Shown here: in pieces, positions 1-9,915 of the stretch | How the letters are laid out: each line of letters starts with the position of its first letter | Numbering within the stretch: the stretch's first letter is position 1 | Origin: a virus | DNA length: 64,000 nt | Virus record (IMG/VR): IMGVR_UViG_3300033143_002694 | Location: 4,189 to 68,188 of that record | Reading direction: 5' to 3' (one strand) | The notes under the pieces: model-generated | Databases searched by the model: none | What the model saw: only the letters and a program-made list of their open reading frames with translations | What the model was told of the DNA's origin: nothing | Position numbers and translations under genes: made by a program

Positions 1-468
1 CTCCGTAACAAGGGGTTCAAGATCGACATATTCGGCTATGGCTGGCCTATAGGAATGAAAGCAAGCGGACCCGTAATAGGTGAAGATGAACGGATTGAAA
101 TAAATAGTTCTAAAGTTGTCTTGAATCTTTGTCACGATAATGTTATATTTAGCGACAGAGTAACCAAGGCTTTAGCATGTGGGGCAAACGTTATTTCCCA
201 GAACTGTACCGATATCCGGGAGATGGTTAAATGGTTCACTAATAACCCTAAGCAGCAACAAGAGATAGAGGATACAGCAGCCAGTTGGATTGCGGTTATA
301 AACGACAAAAGCATCCTTCCTAAGCCTATCTTCAACCCTAGAACATATGTTGTTTATACGGATAGCAACACAGAAACATATACAAGACAGAATCATTCAT
401 GGGCATCAGTCGCAAGCAAACTTATTGAAAGGGTGGTGGTTGATGAGAGTACAATTCGGCAGTCCTGA
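1..468 (+). CDS. Glycosyltransferase C-terminal part (GT-B, Glyco_trans_1_2/CgeB-like), 5'-truncated
   Basis: Frame 1 is open from base 1 (LRNKGFKIDIFGYGW...); motifs SKVVLNL, SDRVTKALACGANVIS, NHSW. Confidence 0.75.
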   Translation, partial: LRNKGFKIDIFGYGWPIGMKASGPVIGEDERIEINSSKVVLNLCHDNVIFSDRVTKALACGANVISQNCTDIREMVKWFTNNPKQQQEIEDTAASWIAVINDKSILPKPIFNPRTYVVYTDSNTETYTRQNHSWASVASKLIERVVVDESTIRQS

Positions 469-1441
469 TATTGATGCAGATTCACTGAGTACAGAAATCA
501 ATCATATCCTTAAGTCTGGATGGGTTTCTATAGGGGAATACGTAGAAGCTCTTGAGAACGCTTTTAAGGTGCGTTTCCGGGTTAAGCATGCCATAGGTAC
601 TAACTGTGCCACAACAGGGCTTATCATCGCTCTCAAGGCGGCAGGATGGGGAAGAGACGCTCGCGGCACAGATGTTCATCTTCCTGCGTTCACATGGCCG
701 AGTACGCTCTATGCCGTGAAGTGTATAGGTGGATTCCCTATTTTTCACGATATTGACCCTGATACGTGGCTGATGAAAGAACCCGGTGATTCGTATGGCA
801 AGCTATTACTGGTAGATACATTCGGTAATGCCGCAGAACATTTCGAAGGATTTGACAAAGAAGACACGATAATCGATGCAGCACATGGATATGGAAACGA
901 TCTTCTTGGTAAGAGGGGTATCGCTGAGGTAGTTTCCCTGTCATTCACAAAAGTAGTTACAGGCATGGAAGGTGGAATGATCCTTACAGATGATGACAAA
1001 TTGGCAGAGACTGCGACAGAATTGCGAAGACTATCAGGTAGAATGGGCGAAATCAATGCGTTAATTGCGTTAAAGTCTATTGAGAATTATAAACCAAGCG
1101 TCGCGCAGTTCGCAGTCAATTACTATAAAGACCATATACAGGTTCCGTTTACATGTCAGTATGTACCCAATGACACCTCTAATAGTGTATTTAGTCTCAG
1201 GTTCGAATCTACGGCTGTCAGAGATGCCATCAGGATTGCACTTGAGAAGGAAGGTATTGAAACCAAGGTATATCATGATCCACTTCAAGCAGGCCATCCG
1301 GAAACTGAAAAGCTGTACAGCACTATATTGTCTATTCCTACTCATGTTGATGCTGTTGCTATACAAGGCTACATCGTCGATATAATCAATACTGCGGCTC
1401 TTTACGCTAAAACTCCGGGGAAGGAATTTCTAACAAGATGA
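443..1441 (+). CDS. DegT/DnrJ/EryC1/StrS family PLP-dependent sugar aminotransferase
   Basis: GWVSIG..VEALE, PAFTWPST, IIDAAH, SLSFTKVVTGMEGGMILTDD; start moved to ATG 443 (MRVQFGSPDI). Confidence 0.9.
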   Translation: MRVQFGSPDIDADSLSTEINHILKSGWVSIGEYVEALENAFKVRFRVKHAIGTNCATTGLIIALKAAGWGRDARGTDVHLPAFTWPSTLYAVKCIGGFPIFHDIDPDTWLMKEPGDSYGKLLLVDTFGNAAEHFEGFDKEDTIIDAAHGYGNDLLGKRGIAEVVSLSFTKVVTGMEGGMILTDDDKLAETATELRRLSGRMGEINALIALKSIENYKPSVAQFAVNYYKDHIQVPFTCQYVPNDTSNSVFSLRFESTAVRDAIRIALEKEGIETKVYHDPLQAGHPETEKLYSTILSIPTHVDAVAIQGYIVDIINTAALYAKTPGKEFLTR

Positions 1442-1647
1442 AGTATAATAGATGTGCGAACTGCGGGTTTACAATACTTGACTTAGATGGTGGTATTTTC
1501 CTTGGGCATACACTTGATTATTGGATTGATCTACAGGCTAGGGTGGATGAAATAGATGCCACGAAACTCGTAGAGGAAATAGTTCGTCTAAAGGCTAAGT
1601 TGTTCGATTATCAGGCAATTGAAAAATTATACAAGGACATAAAATGA
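1438..1647 (+). CDS. Hypothetical protein (CxxC)
   Basis: Overlaps both neighbours by 4 nt (ATGA coupling). Confidence 0.6.
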   Translation: MKYNRCANCGFTILDLDGGIFLGHTLDYWIDLQARVDEIDATKLVEEIVRLKAKLFDYQAIEKLYKDIK

Positions 1648-3032
1648 AAATCACATTTATACAGCCTTATTACGAAAACGTATGGGAAGCTTTAGGTATA
1701 GGTTACATAATAGCTTATGCGAAACTTAAGACAGGGGAAAAACATGACTATCGTTTCTTTCATGGAAATTTTGATGACGAGGCTGATATGGTGCTGCAAG
1801 GCTCCAAGTCTGATATTGTCGCGATTTCGTGTACCAGTCCTACGTATGGAAATGCCATACATTTGGCCAATAGCATTAAGCTACTTAATTCTAAGGTACA
1901 TATTGTTTTAGGTGGATGGCACCCAACAGCATTACCGGAAGAAGTTATCAAGGAGTTGAACGTAGACCAAGTAATTGTCGGTGAAGGGGAACTGGCAATG
2001 GTCAGAGTGATAATGGGTAGCAGGAAACCAATAATAACCGGTGTCAAATTGTCACCAGATGAATTACCATGGCCAGATCGTGAAGCTATAAAGAATGAAA
2101 GAACCATCGATCTCTGTGAGAGTATGAACGGTAAGCGCATCGCCTCGTTCCAGATGAACAGGGGTTGTAAGGTCCACTGTAAGTTTTGCTCAGAAGTGAC
2201 AATGACAGGACAGCACCATTGGAAGAAGAATCCTATTCGCACACGGAACTACGATGCGGTGCTAAATGAGATCGCAGGGGTTAGTGCAGATTTCGGAATT
2301 AACTATTTCAAGTTCGTTGATGCAACTTTTGACAAAGACACACAGACAGTAATTGATTTCTGCAAGAGGAAAGTTGAACGTGGTAATACGATGCCATGGG
2401 AAGCAAATATCCATCCTAATTTCGTACAGAAGGAAGAAGTTTTCGAGTGGCTTGAGAAGGCGAATTGTGAACAGATTAACGTGGGTGTGGAGTCTGGTAG
2501 TCCTTATGTACTTACGGACGTAGGTAAGGGTACATCTCTTGATGGAATAAAGAGGGTGTTCGCATGGGCAAAGAAGTATAATATCAAGAGACGTGCATTT
2601 ATTCTGATAGGCATGCCTGATGAAACCAATGAAGATATTGATTATACGATTGAGTTGCTTGATGAGATAGAGCCAGATGTTGTTGGCTTTACAATCTTGG
2701 CACCATACCCCGGTGGAGATTATTTTAATTTGTCCTTGCATAAAGATGTAGATTGGAGTAAAGTAGATGAGTATTCTAATGACGTGTGGAGTACTGAGAG
2801 CTTTAGCAATATAGAGCTGAAGAACACGCAGGCTTACCTGATGGGTAGGTATGACCATTTATTATGCGAGAGGCAGGGTGCCGTGAAAGTACACAAGATG
2901 ATAAAACCTAAGCCTTGGGGTAGTGGCCGCTTAAAGAAAGGCCCCCTATGTCATGTAGATACATTCGAGAAACTGTCTTACAGGTGGGACAAAGTGACTT
3001 GCGAATTTTGTCTTAAGAAACGAAAAGCTTAA
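1644..3032 (+). CDS. B12-binding domain radical SAM protein (class B methyltransferase-like)
   Basis: N-terminal LGIGYI/GGWHPT/GEGE; RGCKVHCKFC; GVESGS; IGMPDET; PYPG. Confidence 0.9.
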   Translation: MKITFIQPYYENVWEALGIGYIIAYAKLKTGEKHDYRFFHGNFDDEADMVLQGSKSDIVAISCTSPTYGNAIHLANSIKLLNSKVHIVLGGWHPTALPEEVIKELNVDQVIVGEGELAMVRVIMGSRKPIITGVKLSPDELPWPDREAIKNERTIDLCESMNGKRIASFQMNRGCKVHCKFCSEVTMTGQHHWKKNPIRTRNYDAVLNEIAGVSADFGINYFKFVDATFDKDTQTVIDFCKRKVERGNTMPWEANIHPNFVQKEEVFEWLEKANCEQINVGVESGSPYVLTDVGKGTSLDGIKRVFAWAKKYNIKRRAFILIGMPDETNEDIDYTIELLDEIEPDVVGFTILAPYPGGDYFNLSLHKDVDWSKVDEYSNDVWSTESFSNIELKNTQAYLMGRYDHLLCERQGAVKVHKMIKPKPWGSGRLKKGPLCHVDTFEKLSYRWDKVTCEFCLKKRKA

Positions 3033-3037
3033 CATGT

Positions 3038-3112
3038 GGGGATATGGTATAATGGCTATTACATCAGGTTTTGATCCTGATAATCGTGGTTCGATTCCAC
3101 ATGTCCCTACCA
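3038..3112 (+). tRNA. tRNA-Gln(TTG)
   Basis: Cloverleaf; anticodon arm TCAGG-TTTTGAT-CCTGA; GGTTCGATTCC; encoded CCA. Confidence 0.9.
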
Positions 3113-3131
3113 ATTTAGAAAGGGGAGCATT

Positions 3132-5093
3132 TTGACAAAGAACAGGTTTGCAATGGTTACAAGGGCAGATGGGAATATTAAGGAGTTGACAGCGGTTACC
3201 CATCCTATCTTAATGGATTATGCCAAGCAGTGGGGGTGTGACTTCATAGTGCTGGACGAGAAAGAAGCGTGGATGATAGATTATGAATTGGCTCATTATC
3301 GCATTTTACGTGTAAGGGAAATACTTGAACACTACGAGAGGGTACTGGTGATAGATTCAGACATTGTGATTATGCCACACTGTCCTAATCCTTTCGAAGT
3401 AGTACCAGTAGACAAGATAGGAAGTATCTTTGAGGATGTTGGCAGTAGGCAGTCAATGAGGCAGGGAGTTATAATGTCCATACAGGAAAGGTGGGGAGAT
3501 GTCGGATGGGAAGAGGGGTATATTAACACTGGATTCTTCGTTGTATCTCGTCAACATTCGAACATTTTTCAGGCGATACAAGGTCAGCATTGGACAGGAT
3601 TTGGATACGATGATGCGCTTATCGGTTACAACATCCACAAGTTCGGACATGAAGTTCATGAGTTGTCGTTCCAGTTTAATCACATGAGTATGTTTTCGGA
3701 AGATTGGAATGGTAATGCAAGCAGATTTAATTCGTATGTCATCCACTACGCAGGACTGGCAAGGTTTCCAGACGACAGGTCAGGGAGAGCACTGACTAAT
3801 GGCAATGATATGGCCTGTAGACTTGAGCTCATTGAAAGCGATATCATAAGAATCACAAACGGTCTTATGGCATTCAATAATGTGAAACCTACCCGGTTAC
3901 AGGGATATGGCAGTAGGTGTTACCATGCAACGGTAGGGGTGGCAGAGAAGCGTGTAATATTGAAGATACCAAATACCAAAGAATGCCTGAAGAGAGAACT
4001 GAAAGTTCTTTCATCGAACATACCCGGAATTGTTAAGTGCCTTGATGTTGGCACTCATGACATAGGCACCTTTATGATGCTCGAAGAACTTTTCCCAATA
4101 CCAGATCAGTTTCCGGTAGAAGTTATGTTGACATTGGCAACGGATGTTTTAATCGCAATGAGGCAGTTGTATAAAGCAGGTATACCTTGGATATGCAAGA
4201 AAGAGCATATCATGATGGATGGTGAAGGGCATATCAAGCTTGTTGATTTTGGCGATGATCCGTATGATAGACCAGTACCGTTCTATGGCGACAAGGAAGC
4301 AATAATTAAGGATGGGGAATGTGATATAAACGGTGAGTATATAGACCGTGAGCTCTTCCCGTGGTCAGGATATTTGGCCGTAATGAAATGGTTCTGTGAT
4401 AAGAATAACACACCTTACAGCATCCTTGGAGCGGCAGAAACGAATATGATTACGTATGAGTATCAGAATCTCAAAGACGTTCATCATCCTATATGGGATG
4501 AAGAGTATAATGATATCATGAGGACAGAGTCCGAGAAGGATGACCCTAAGTATGGCCAGTTAGTCCCTGCGAATAGAGACTGCAATGATCGTGCGGATAT
4601 GATCTACGAGAACATTGAGCCTTGGATGACGGATGAAACAACATGGCTGGATATCGGTTGTAATGTCGGTTGGTTCTGTTTTGAGTTTGCTGAACACTTC
4701 AAGATGACAGGTGTTGACTTTGATAACGAGAAGATTCAGTTTGCTCAGATGATGGCAGAGGCTAATAACGTAGAAGCTACGTTCCTGAAGTTCGAAGTAG
4801 ATATCAATACAATCGACATGCTGCCAAGGTATGATGTGATCTCAGTATTAAGCATGATGCACTTGCAGTTGGTAAAAGATAAAGACCCGATTGCATTTTG
4901 GAAACTGTTCAAGGCTATTACAAAGAAAGCCAAGAAGATGTTTATCTTTGAATTCCCAAACCATTCAATAGGGCTCTTGAATATACATCCTAAGTATTTC
5001 GCAGATAACGTTAAGATACATGGCGGGTTTGCAAGTGTTGAAGAGATAGGTGTCAGCGATGCAGGAAGGGCGGTGCTGAAATGTCTCAGATAA
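3132..5093 (+). CDS. Fusion: GT-A glycosyltransferase + kinase-like domain + WbdD-like class I SAM methyltransferase
   Basis: IDSD (DxD), YINTGFFV, IHYAG; VILK..RE..LVDFG; RDCNDRADMI, WLDIGCNVGWF. Confidence 0.8.
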   Translation: MTKNRFAMVTRADGNIKELTAVTHPILMDYAKQWGCDFIVLDEKEAWMIDYELAHYRILRVREILEHYERVLVIDSDIVIMPHCPNPFEVVPVDKIGSIFEDVGSRQSMRQGVIMSIQERWGDVGWEEGYINTGFFVVSRQHSNIFQAIQGQHWTGFGYDDALIGYNIHKFGHEVHELSFQFNHMSMFSEDWNGNASRFNSYVIHYAGLARFPDDRSGRALTNGNDMACRLELIESDIIRITNGLMAFNNVKPTRLQGYGSRCYHATVGVAEKRVILKIPNTKECLKRELKVLSSNIPGIVKCLDVGTHDIGTFMMLEELFPIPDQFPVEVMLTLATDVLIAMRQLYKAGIPWICKKEHIMMDGEGHIKLVDFGDDPYDRPVPFYGDKEAIIKDGECDINGEYIDRELFPWSGYLAVMKWFCDKNNTPYSILGAAETNMITYEYQNLKDVHHPIWDEEYNDIMRTESEKDDPKYGQLVPANRDCNDRADMIYENIEPWMTDETTWLDIGCNVGWFCFEFAEHFKMTGVDFDNEKIQFAQMMAEANNVEATFLKFEVDINTIDMLPRYDVISVLSMMHLQLVKDKDPIAFWKLFKAITKKAKKMFIFEFPNHSIGLLNIHPKYFADNVKIHGGFASVEEIGVSDAGRAVLKCLR

Positions 5094-5680
5094 AAACGTT
5101 TGGTAGTCACTTAGTGGATTTTGATTTAATACCAAAAGAGGGTGGTGTCTTTATAGACGCAGGAACATGTCAGGGGAATTTTATCGATGACATATTTAAG
5201 CATGTGAAGAATCCTCACATATTCGCACTTGAGCCAAATAGGGATAATTACCGGCTCATTAGGGAAAATTATGGTGGGGATATTAATATGCATACCAATG
5301 AAGCAGCACTTGTTGGTAGTGGTGAGCCAAAGACTATGAGGTTTGCACAGTTCGATGGCTTGCCTGAATGGGGTAATGTTTCAGGGCTGTATTCAATCAG
5401 GAAGCACAAGATGTATGACGTGGATACTACGACCATCCATGAGGTACTGAAAGAGATTCCAATGGATATAATACACCATCTCAAGATGGACATTGAGGGA
5501 TGTGAACATAAAGTAATTAAAGATTTAACAAAGGATGATGCGAAGCGTATTCAGCAGATATCCTTAGAGGTTCATAATGGCTTACAGGGCATGCTTGAAC
5601 ATTTAGAGGTAATAGGTTATGATGCCAAGTTCGAGAAAGGCGAACTGTACGCTATTACCAGATTGAAAAAAAATAATTAA
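5081..5680 (+). CDS. FkbM family methyltransferase
   Basis: IDAGTCQGNF, ALEP, LKMDIEGCE, ISLEVH. Confidence 0.9.
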   Translation: MSQIKTFGSHLVDFDLIPKEGGVFIDAGTCQGNFIDDIFKHVKNPHIFALEPNRDNYRLIRENYGGDINMHTNEAALVGSGEPKTMRFAQFDGLPEWGNVSGLYSIRKHKMYDVDTTTIHEVLKEIPMDIIHHLKMDIEGCEHKVIKDLTKDDAKRIQQISLEVHNGLQGMLEHLEVIGYDAKFEKGELYAITRLKKNN

Positions 5681-5749
5681 TCCTCTTTAATAATACTGAG
5701 CTCATTGATATGATTGTATTATTGCATAACCTTATTAAGGAGTTTGATT

Positions 5750-6667
5750 GTGAACCTACCAGTTGGTAAGAATTTAAGAATTTATGGAGTAAGTTATGGT
5801 ATTACAGGTGACCTCATTATGGGGTTGCCTGTACTTACCTATTTCGAAAAGCTGTATCCTAATAGCTATAAGATTTGGGCAATAGAGAAGAAGGTCGGAT
5901 ACATGGCACCTTTCTTCCTTAATCACCCATTGATAGACAGGCTCAAGATTACACAGAAGTGGGACACGTTGGGAGAACAGGATAGACGGATAATAGAGGG
6001 ATGTTATATCGCATGTACGCATGAGAACTGGCAACATTCACGCCTTGATTGGTACAACTATGTCGACTGCATAGAAGAGACTGCATTTGTCGCAGGAGTG
6101 AAAGACTTAACATCGGTACTTAGTACTGACGATATGTATCCGAAGCTTGAGCAGTGGTTTGACATTGGCACTGATGATTTAAATTTCCAGACTTATTCTA
6201 ATCGTAGCAATGCAGATATCCGTGTAAAGCACAAGACTATTGCATTGTGGCCATTCGCTACAGCGACAGGGAATATAGCAAGGTCACCATCGATAGCATG
6301 GTACACAAGACTTGTTGAGGATTTAACCTATCAGGGATATGACGTATTTCAGTTTGGGTACAAGAGAGATCAGATAATTGGGCTCACCCACTCACATACA
6401 CATATGACGTTTTTCGATCAAGTGAGACTAGCATTGAGTTGTAAGATGTCGATAGGTACAGACAGTGGAAACATGTGGGTTATGGGGGCATACAGCCATC
6501 CTGCGGTACACCTGATGACTAACTGGATGACTAAGCATACAAAGAATTTTGACGCACTATTACCACGTAATAAAAAAGGACATACATGTTTTGCAGAAGG
6601 CGGTGCAAACAATATTTCAAGAGAGCAAGTAATAACGGCAGTTGACCTTATAATGGGAGGTAAGTAG
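5750..6667 (+). CDS. GT9 family (heptosyltransferase-like) glycosyltransferase
   Basis: GDLIMGLPVL, NHPLID, IGTDSGNMW; GTG start after AAGGAG. Confidence 0.75.
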   Translation: MNLPVGKNLRIYGVSYGITGDLIMGLPVLTYFEKLYPNSYKIWAIEKKVGYMAPFFLNHPLIDRLKITQKWDTLGEQDRRIIEGCYIACTHENWQHSRLDWYNYVDCIEETAFVAGVKDLTSVLSTDDMYPKLEQWFDIGTDDLNFQTYSNRSNADIRVKHKTIALWPFATATGNIARSPSIAWYTRLVEDLTYQGYDVFQFGYKRDQIIGLTHSHTHMTFFDQVRLALSCKMSIGTDSGNMWVMGAYSHPAVHLMTNWMTKHTKNFDALLPRNKKGHTCFAEGGANNISREQVITAVDLIMGGK

Positions 6668-7620
6668 TGAGATTTCTTATAACTGGAATTAATGGATTTG
6701 TTGGACCACACCTAGCTGCAGAGATAAAAAGGCAGGGACATACAGCGGTAGGAATGTCTCATACAGGAGTTGAAGACTTGGCTGACTGTGAAGTGTTGAG
6801 TGGTGATATAAGGGACCAGATGGAGATTGATGATATTATGCGTGACCGTACCTTTGACGGGGTATTCCATTTAGCATCAAAGACACATCCACCAACATCA
6901 TTCAAAGACCCGGTGGGCTTCTTTGAGACAAACGCAATGGGTGCTGTTTATTTAGCAGATACAATCGTGGCGCATCAGCCAGATACTTGGTTAATGAATT
7001 GCTCAACATGTGAAGTATACGGTATACACCCAGATGGTACCCGTATAAGCGAAGATACTCCAACGCTGGCATCTAATCCTTATTCAGTCTCTAAGCTTGC
7101 CGCAGACTTATACATTAAAGAGAGAAGCGAGAATGGGCTGTTGAAATCTTTCACCACTAGAGCCTTCTCGCATACAGGGCCGGGTAGACCTATGAGTTAC
7201 TCTATATCTTCTGACGCTTTCCAGATCGCAAAGATCATTAAGGGTAAGCAGAACGCAGAAATAAGTGTAGGTAATCTTAGCTCAAAACGTGTAGTCATGG
7301 ATGTGAGAGACGTTGTCGCGGTGTATTGGCAGTTGATGGAGAGCTACATAACCCTACCTTCATGGAAGCATAAAAATGGAGAGGTGTGGAATATAGGTGG
7401 TGACGATCTACACGACATGGGATATTACCTTCAATTAATGCTGGATATATTCAATCTGGAAGCAGAGACTAAGGTGTGCGATAAGTTGTACAGGAAGTTT
7501 GACATACCTGTTCAGTATCCTGATAGCACAAAAATAAGATCGCAATTAGGATGGGACCCGAAATACAATATCACTCGCACATTATCAGACTTGGTTAACT
7601 ATTGGTTAGAAAGGGTATAA
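6667..7620 (+). CDS. GDP-mannose 4,6-dehydratase / GDP-4-keto-6-deoxy-D-mannose reductase (Rmd-like) extended SDR
   Basis: ITGINGFVG, FHLA, YSVSK, RAFSHTGP, VGNL...RVVMDVRD, LGW.P. Confidence 0.85.
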   Translation: MRFLITGINGFVGPHLAAEIKRQGHTAVGMSHTGVEDLADCEVLSGDIRDQMEIDDIMRDRTFDGVFHLASKTHPPTSFKDPVGFFETNAMGAVYLADTIVAHQPDTWLMNCSTCEVYGIHPDGTRISEDTPTLASNPYSVSKLAADLYIKERSENGLLKSFTTRAFSHTGPGRPMSYSISSDAFQIAKIIKGKQNAEISVGNLSSKRVVMDVRDVVAVYWQLMESYITLPSWKHKNGEVWNIGGDDLHDMGYYLQLMLDIFNLEAETKVCDKLYRKFDIPVQYPDSTKIRSQLGWDPKYNITRTLSDLVNYWLERV

Positions 7621-8675
7621 TGGGGGTAGAAGACGCTGACTCACACAAATTGGGGTTACACCCACATAAGGTATCGAGATGGCTCCAAGGAGTGTCGGTG
7701 CCGTTTCATGCCGAAATAGGTATTACGAATAGATGTAATCATAAATGTAGTTTCTGTACACTTGACTGGATTACTCATGGTAGCACGGATCTCAACCCAT
7801 CCATATTATTCAAGGCATTGCAGGAATTAAAATACATGGGTGTCAAGTCAATATATCTTGCAGGTGAAGGCGAGCCAACAATGCACCCGGATTTCACTGC
7901 GATTGTCAATCAGATCAAGCATATGGATATGCAAGTAGCAGTTTCTACTAATGGGCAACGGTTCACAGACAGTGTAGCAGATCGCACATTAAAGGACATA
8001 TCGTGGATAAGGTTCAGTTTAGAGACCATTGATCCATCTACTTACCAGAGAATACATGGGGTTGGGTATAACTGTTTGCGGAAGGTGACTGAGAATATCC
8101 AAGACGCTGTATCTATAAAGAAAGAGCGCAACCTTTCTGTAGACATAGGTGTCCAGATTATCCTCACAGAAGAAACCGCATTAACGTTAAATGACACAGT
8201 TGAGTATCTCAAGGGGATCGGTGTAGACAATGTCCAGATAAAACCCTGTCACACGCACCCAAATAGCTCACATCAAGAGCAGATGGACTTAAGCATGTAT
8301 GACCATGTTAAGGTCGAGATGGAGGACTACGTAGACGATAAGTTCAATGTCATCGTAAGGACCCTGAGTATGAATCGATTACTGGAGCCTCGCACGTATT
8401 CCCGCTGTCACGGCTTCGATTTCTATGTTCTTATAAATGCAAACGGTGAGGTGGTTCCATGTAACGTTTTCTACCATAAACCTGAGTTTGTGTATGGAAA
8501 TATAAACATGCAATCAATTGGCGAGATATGGAGATCGGAAAGAAGGCAGTATATCATAAAGAGTATAGAATGCTCAAAATTTTCACATTGTGGTGATTAC
8601 AGATGCAGGCTGGATGTTATGAATAGGCATCTTGACCGAGTAAAGCACCCAGAAAGGAATGACGTGTTCATATGA
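7620..8675 (+). CDS. Radical SAM/SPASM(Twitch) domain protein
   Basis: CNHKCSFC, GEGEP, STNG; C-terminal C..INANGEVVPC..YGNI..IW..C..C. Confidence 0.9.
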   Translation: MGVEDADSHKLGLHPHKVSRWLQGVSVPFHAEIGITNRCNHKCSFCTLDWITHGSTDLNPSILFKALQELKYMGVKSIYLAGEGEPTMHPDFTAIVNQIKHMDMQVAVSTNGQRFTDSVADRTLKDISWIRFSLETIDPSTYQRIHGVGYNCLRKVTENIQDAVSIKKERNLSVDIGVQIILTEETALTLNDTVEYLKGIGVDNVQIKPCHTHPNSSHQEQMDLSMYDHVKVEMEDYVDDKFNVIVRTLSMNRLLEPRTYSRCHGFDFYVLINANGEVVPCNVFYHKPEFVYGNINMQSIGEIWRSERRQYIIKSIECSKFSHCGDYRCRLDVMNRHLDRVKHPERNDVFI

Positions 8676-8833
8676 GTGAGTGTAACCATATAGAGGTCCG
8701 CAAGTTAAGTTCTTTTTTTCCATGGATACCACCGGATGAAGATAAGGACGTTAGGTGTTTTAATAAAACCGAGGCAGATCAATGCCGTGTATGCAAGGGA
8801 ATAATAAAGGAGAGTTATGATACGACAGATTGA
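8672..8833 (+). CDS. Small Cys-containing hypothetical protein (MSECNHIEV...CRVCKG)
   Basis: Read by eye; fills the gap and overlaps the upstream stop (ATGA). Confidence 0.45.
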   Translation: MSECNHIEVRKLSSFFPWIPPDEDKDVRCFNKTEADQCRVCKGIIKESYDTTD

Positions 8834-9818
8834 AAAGATGATTGAGTATAAAAACCGGGGAGGTGCTTACGATCAGTCAAGAAGGGCAAGCAAGCACATA
8901 ACGCAGATAAATACCGAAGACAAGATCCTGCTTGGCGCGTCACAAGGCATTGGTAATGCTATACTTACGACACCACTGATTAAAGCGTTAACCGATATGC
9001 ACCTGCATGTTGATATAATTTGCTCCGGTACCGGCATGATGAATGGTGCAGAGTTTGTATTCGATGGAATGGAAAACGTAAAAGTTTTACCAGAAGAAGG
9101 GATCGAAGGCAGGCGTTATCTGTTGGGTATCCAGACAATGTGGCCGTATCCGGGGATTGAGAAATACGTGTCTCAGATCAGGTTTGCTCCAAATATTAAC
9201 AAGGTCTGGGAAGACGGTATTCTTGCGCATGAGGTAGATATTAATATGTCAGTAGCTCGTTCTCTTAAGTTTGCAGGTGCTACTCCGGATCTATATTGCA
9301 ATTACAGTGAGATACCTGATTTCAACAAGCATCGCGACAAGAAGAATATCGGTATACATATTTGTCGGAAATATAATCATCAGTTCATGGCCAACCGTAG
9401 GCTATCAGATCCCTTGGCTATTGGTAGGGAGTTGATCAAGCAGGGGCATAGAGTGTTTATCATAGGACGTGAAGACGCTGTACAGTCTGAATATAGACGT
9501 GCGCACTCCGACTTTGTGTATTGTTTAGGCCAGCCTCTTCCAGAGGTAGCAGGATTAATAAGGGAATTGGACTGCATAGTCAATGAGGATTCCGGTATAA
9601 TGCATATTACAGCAGCAATGAAAACTCCACAGGTGGCAATTTTTGGACCAACAACCGATGTTAAAAACTCGCCATGGTCAGACGTTGCGAAGGTTGTCAG
9701 GAAAGATATCCAGTGCGCACCATGTCAATATACGGAGCGTGCGACTAATTGTTGTAAGAACATTTGCATGGACATAGACGCATCCTATATAGTAAAACAT
9801 GTTAATGAGTTACTTTAA
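8817..9818 (+). CDS. GT9 family glycosyltransferase
   Basis: GIGNAILTTPLIKAL, HEVD, NEDSGIMHITAAMKTPQVAIFGPT, CAPC..C..CM. Confidence 0.9.
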   Translation: MIRQIEKMIEYKNRGGAYDQSRRASKHITQINTEDKILLGASQGIGNAILTTPLIKALTDMHLHVDIICSGTGMMNGAEFVFDGMENVKVLPEEGIEGRRYLLGIQTMWPYPGIEKYVSQIRFAPNINKVWEDGILAHEVDINMSVARSLKFAGATPDLYCNYSEIPDFNKHRDKKNIGIHICRKYNHQFMANRRLSDPLAIGRELIKQGHRVFIIGREDAVQSEYRRAHSDFVYCLGQPLPEVAGLIRELDCIVNEDSGIMHITAAMKTPQVAIFGPTTDVKNSPWSDVAKVVRKDIQCAPCQYTERATNCCKNICMDIDASYIVKHVNELL

Positions 9819-9824
9819 TCTTAA

Positions 9825-9901
9825 AGCGGTGTAGAGAAGTGGCCTATCTCGCGAGCCTCATAAGCTCGAAATCGCTGGTTCGAATCCAGCCACCGCCACC
9901 A
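9825..9901 (+). tRNA. tRNA with CAT anticodon (Met, initiator-like acceptor)
   Basis: CGAGC-CTCATAA-GCTCG; GGTTCGAATCC; CCA; A1xC72 mismatch, A11:U24. Confidence 0.9.
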
Positions 9902-9915
9902 ATAAGGGGAATGCC

